The notes below the pieces were generated by a model that worked only from the letters and a program-made list of their open reading frames with translations, was not told the DNA's origin and did not search any database. Shown piece after piece: positions 28,983-32,174 of a stretch of 32,174 bases of DNA. The position numbers and the translations under genes were made by a program. Source of the DNA: Yoonia sp. (lineage in GTDB: Bacteria > Verrucomicrobiota > Verrucomicrobiia > Opitutales > Coraliomargaritaceae); the NCBI GenBank assembly GCA_047624095.1, contig JBLHPJ010000001.1, positions 1 through 32,174 on the forward strand, given 5' to 3'. Within the stretch, counting starts at the first letter, position 1. Every line of letters starts with the position of its first letter.

Positions 28983-30590
28983 CTACGCACTTGCACCCTG
29001 CCCCGCCGGAGCAATTACAAACTTTAGCGACATCACCGTCACGTAAAGTCCGAGCAACACCATAGCCAACGCGATGCCGCCTAACAGGCTAAACGGGCCA
29101 TACTGCATCACCATCATCACCAAACCCATGACCGGCATAATACTCATCGCGATCGCAGGGATCAGTGCAAAGGCAAATGCGATACGGCGATGCTTTAGAA
29201 ACACCACGAACGTAATCAAAGCCAGCGCCGCCAACAACTGATTGGTCGCGCCAAACAGTGGCCAGATCGCTTTCCACACAGGAATCACCGTGCCGTCTGG
29301 CGCAGTAAATGTGCCAAACGCACAAACAGCCGGCAGCAGCACCACAAGGAAAGTGCCCAAGTAGCGGCTACTTGCACTATGCCAGTCAAACAGCTCTTCC
29401 ACGAGGAAGCGTGTCAAGCGCGTGCAGGTATCCAGCGTTGTTAACAAAAATGTGCTCACCGCTAATGTGGCAAAGGTTGCACCCAATTCCATCGGCACGC
29501 CTAAAGCACCGAAAAACACAGCCGCGCCTCCAGAAAACGCATTGAGCGGCGTGCCCTCGAACGAGCCCACCACACCAATACAAGCGAGCGCAAACACAGC
29601 CAACAGCCCCTCAACCAACATCGCACCATACGAAACCTTACGCACATCACGCTCCGTCTGGATCTGCTTCGATGTCGTGCCACTACTCACAATACTGTGA
29701 AAACCACTACACGCACCACAAGCCACGGTAATGAACAAAAACGGCACCATATAGTGCAAATCCTTCGGCTCAAAACTCGTCACCATCGGCAACTCAAAGC
29801 CACCACCATGCACGCAGATCCCGATAATTCCCATGGCCATGATCGCATAGAGAAAAGTCGCACTTAAGAAATCTCGCGGCTGCATCAAAGTGCTCACCGG
29901 CAGAATCGCAGCGACGTAACAATACAGCACCAACGCCCCCATCCAAAACTCCTTGCTCATCGCAGGCGCAGGAAACTGCACCCCCACCCACAAACCCAAA
30001 TAGGTCAGTAATACAAAGACCGGGATCACTATTTTATAAGACAAACCCGACCGCTTGGCCACGAGGCCAAACGCCAAGGCCACCAGAATGAACCAGCCCG
30101 AAGCAGTGGCGACCGCTGGCTGCGCGATAAACCCAGCCACCGTGATATCCAAAAACACCACGATCACATAGACCAAGGCCAACAATACAAAGATCAAAAA
30201 CAACTTACCGGTCGTCTCCCCCACCAGCTTTCGACAAGTCGAGGTAATCGAACGCCCGCCACTGCGCAGCGACATCAGCGTGCTTCCGAAATCATGCACC
30301 CCACCCACAAAAATCGAGCCCACGATAATCCAGATCCAAGTCGGCAACCAGCCAAATACCGAAGCCGCGATGATCGGCCCCACGATCGGCCCTGCCCCCG
30401 CAATCGACGAGAAGTGGTGACCAAAGAGCACTGAGGCGCGCGTCGGCACATAGTCCACCCCATCATTCACCTCGCAGGCCGGCGTCTCCCGATCCGGATC
30501 AATCCGGCAACGCTGCTCCAAAAAAGCACCATAAAAACGATAAGCCACCGCGAGCAGCAGCACAGATAAAATCAAGACAACAAGTAGCAT
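28983..30590 (-). CDS. cstA: Carbon starvation protein A family transporter
   Basis: TPA....[63 protein letters not shown]. Start at ATG 30590. Confidence 0.93.
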   Translation of the reverse strand: MLLVVLILSVLLLAVAYRFYGAFLEQRCRIDPDRETPACEVNDGVDYVPTRASVLFGHHFSSIAGAGPIVGPIIAASVFGWLPTWIWIIVGSIFVGGVHDFGSTLMSLRSGGRSITSTCRKLVGETTGKLFLIFVLLALVYVIVVFLDITVAGFIAQPAVATASGWFILVALAFGLVAKRSGLSYKIVIPVFVLLTYLGLWVGVQFPAPAMSKEFWMGALVLYCYVAAILPVSTLMQPRDFLSATFLYAIMAMGIIGICVHGGGFELPMVTSFEPKDLHYMVPFLFITVACGACSGFHSIVSSGTTSKQIQTERDVRKVSYGAMLVEGLLAVFALACIGVVGSFEGTPLNAFSGGAAVFFGALGVPMELGATFATLAVSTFLLTTLDTCTRLTRFLVEELFDWHSASSRYLGTFLVVLLPAVCAFGTFTAPDGTVIPVWKAIWPLFGATNQLLAALALITFVVFLKHRRIAFAFALIPAIAMSIMPVMGLVMMVMQYGPFSLLGGIALAMVLLGLYVTVMSLKFVIAPAGQGASA

Positions 30591-30758
30591 AAGCAGTAGA
30601 GAGGGACACCTCAACAAGACGAATTTCCACTCAAGTGACAACACAACAAACATAGACCTTTGGGCCGATTCACATGCTGAGATGCGCAACAGTCGAAACA
30701 GTATCAACCGCGATTCCGGCATTGATTCAATGCCATGGGCATCCGAGCAAACACCTTC

Positions 30759-30853
30759 AACCTAAATTCGGCAGTAGGCTCAGGTTGTGATTCTTAAACC
30801 GTTAATCGACGTGGATGAACGTTCATTAACGGTTTAACTCACCTTTTCAGGTT
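30759..30853 (+). repeat. Dispersed intergenic repeat / MITE-like element, copy 3
   Basis: AACCTAAATTCGGCAGTAGGCTCAGGTT ... GGTTTAACTCACCTTTTCAGGTT; both ends match copy 1. Confidence 0.75.
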
Positions 30854-30943
30854 CAACTGTTAACATTCATCCAAGCCGCTGAACGAGCCGACTCATCCTC
30901 TCACAACTAACAACGAGGCACGACCCACGCGCCCCATGACAAA

Positions 30944-31390
30944 TCAACAGCCCTCTTCTTCCGGAAACCGAATCGGGGCATTGAGGTTTTGCTCTTCGAT
31001 AAAATCCTGAAGGATCAAGGCGGCAGCTCGGGAATCAATTTCACCGCTGCGCCGATCGAGTTTCTTTTTTTGGCTCTTCAAGCCCTGCTCAACTGAGTGA
31101 CTTGAGAGCCGTTCGTCAATGCGATGGATCGGCAACTTAAAGCGCTTCTCCATCTCTCCAATAAAGACGTCCACCTCTTTGGCCTTAAAGCCGACCGAGC
31201 CGTCCATGTTGAGCGGATAGCCACAAACGAGCTCATGAATGCGACGCTGCTTAATCATTTCTTCGATATGCTGCAGCCGCGCCTTCTTGGTGGATGCAAC
31301 CGCAGCAGGCAAGGGCACGGCAATGCCGACCTCGTCTGCATGCGCGAGCCCGATCCGCTTCTCTCCCCAATCTATGCCCAAGTAATTCAA
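30944..31390 (-). CDS. ruvX: YqgF/RuvX family nuclease (pre-16S rRNA processing)
   Basis: LGIDWGEKRIGLA, GYPLNMDG, IDERLSS, IDS.AAALILQDF; TTG start 1 nt after the manC stop. Confidence 0.95.
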   Translation of the reverse strand: MNYLGIDWGEKRIGLAHADEVGIAVPLPAAVASTKKARLQHIEEMIKQRRIHELVCGYPLNMDGSVGFKAKEVDVFIGEMEKRFKLPIHRIDERLSSHSVEQGLKSQKKKLDRRSGEIDSRAAALILQDFIEEQNLNAPIRFPEEEGC

Positions 31391-31391
31391 A

Positions 31392-32174
31392 TTACATCAA
31401 ATGCTTCAGTGCTTCTTTAGCACCGATCGCTTGAACCAGTGCCTTGATTTCCTGCGCCTTATCTTTGTGGCACACCAATGTGGCATCATCTGTCTTGACC
31501 ACGATCAAGTCCTGCACGCCAAGCAGCGCGACGAGGTGATCATTGTCTCGAGAAAAGACTATATTGTTACTAGAGTCTTGCACATGCGCGGAACCACGCA
31601 CCACATTACCTGCTTCATCGGCCGGATAGTGACGCTCTACCGCAGGCCATTCACCCACGTCGTCCCAATCAAAACCGGACTCGACCATTACCACGTTGGT
31701 CGCCTTTTCAATGATCGCATAGTCCACTGAGATCTTTTCCAAACTCGGATAGTGCGCTTCCAACAATGGATCGATCGCGGTGCCTGCAGCCAGACCTGTG
31801 TCAATCGCTTGCAAGGCGCTCCAGAGCGACGGCGTATTCTTGGCGAGCTCGGCAGTGATAGACGCGACGGACCACACAAACATACCTGCGTTCCAGAAGT
31901 AATCGCCCGAATCGAGATAGCTCTGCGCGGTCTCAAGGTCAGGTTTCTCAACGAAGCGTTTCACATTAAACACAGCGCGTCCGGCAAATTCACCCAGCGC
32001 ATCCGCCAGTTGAATGTAGCCATAGCCTGTTGCAGGAAATGCGGCGGTGATCCCGACCGTCGCCAGCACAGGATACGCCTGCGCAGCGGCAAACGCCGTT
32101 TCTAAAGTTGAACGTAAGCCCTCGGCATCGTGAATCACGGCATCCGCCGGCAACATCGCAAACGATGCATTCGG
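31392..32174 (-). CDS. manC: Mannose-1-phosphate guanylyltransferase, 5'-truncated by the window edge
   Basis: LPAD, TGYGYI, FVEKP, WNAGMF, ISVDYAI.EK, WDDVG.W. Confidence 0.9.
   Translation of the reverse strand, partial: PNASFAMLPADAVIHDAEGLRSTLETAFAAAQAYPVLATVGITAAFPATGYGYIQLADALGEFAGRAVFNVKRFVEKPDLETAQSYLDSGDYFWNAGMFVWSVASITAELAKNTPSLWSALQAIDTGLAAGTAIDPLLEAHYPSLEKISVDYAIIEKATNVVMVESGFDWDDVGEWPAVERHYPADEAGNVVRGSAHVQDSSNNIVFSRDNDHLVALLGVQDLIVVKTDDATLVCHKDKAQEIKALVQAIGAKEALKHLM

Overview
A 32 kb chromosomal window of mostly housekeeping genes. Gene content and style suggest a Verrucomicrobia (Opitutae/Puniceicoccales-like) bacterium, which is an inference. It carries rsmI, cysK, a nitroreductase, a phosphohexomutase with a eukaryote-type UDP-sugar pyrophosphorylase, ftsB-like, an ExeA/ExeB-like pair, tRNA-Ala(GGC), a kinase-like/PEGA/FGE-domain membrane protein, stand-alone coaC, leuA, a hybrid histidine kinase, dapF, htpG, a phytoene-desaturase-family oxidoreductase, dgt, nrdD-nrdG, cstA, ruvX and a partial manC. 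I found no intact transposase, integrase, CRISPR array or reverse transcriptase. The most interesting signals are: (1) a DapF with both catalytic Cys replaced by Ser; (2) a modular intergenic repeat family with an invariant 20-bp core in three places, two copies sharing a right end like a MITE; (3) a receptor-like pseudokinase and a pseudo-receiver; (4) a decayed GIY-YIG nuclease gene just downstream of the tRNA; (5) a REPIN-like insertion that rewrote the NrdG C-terminus; (6) an un-called 48-aa lipoprotein and a candidate Leu-containing leader peptide before leuA. All calls come from reading the sequence by eye; no searches were run.
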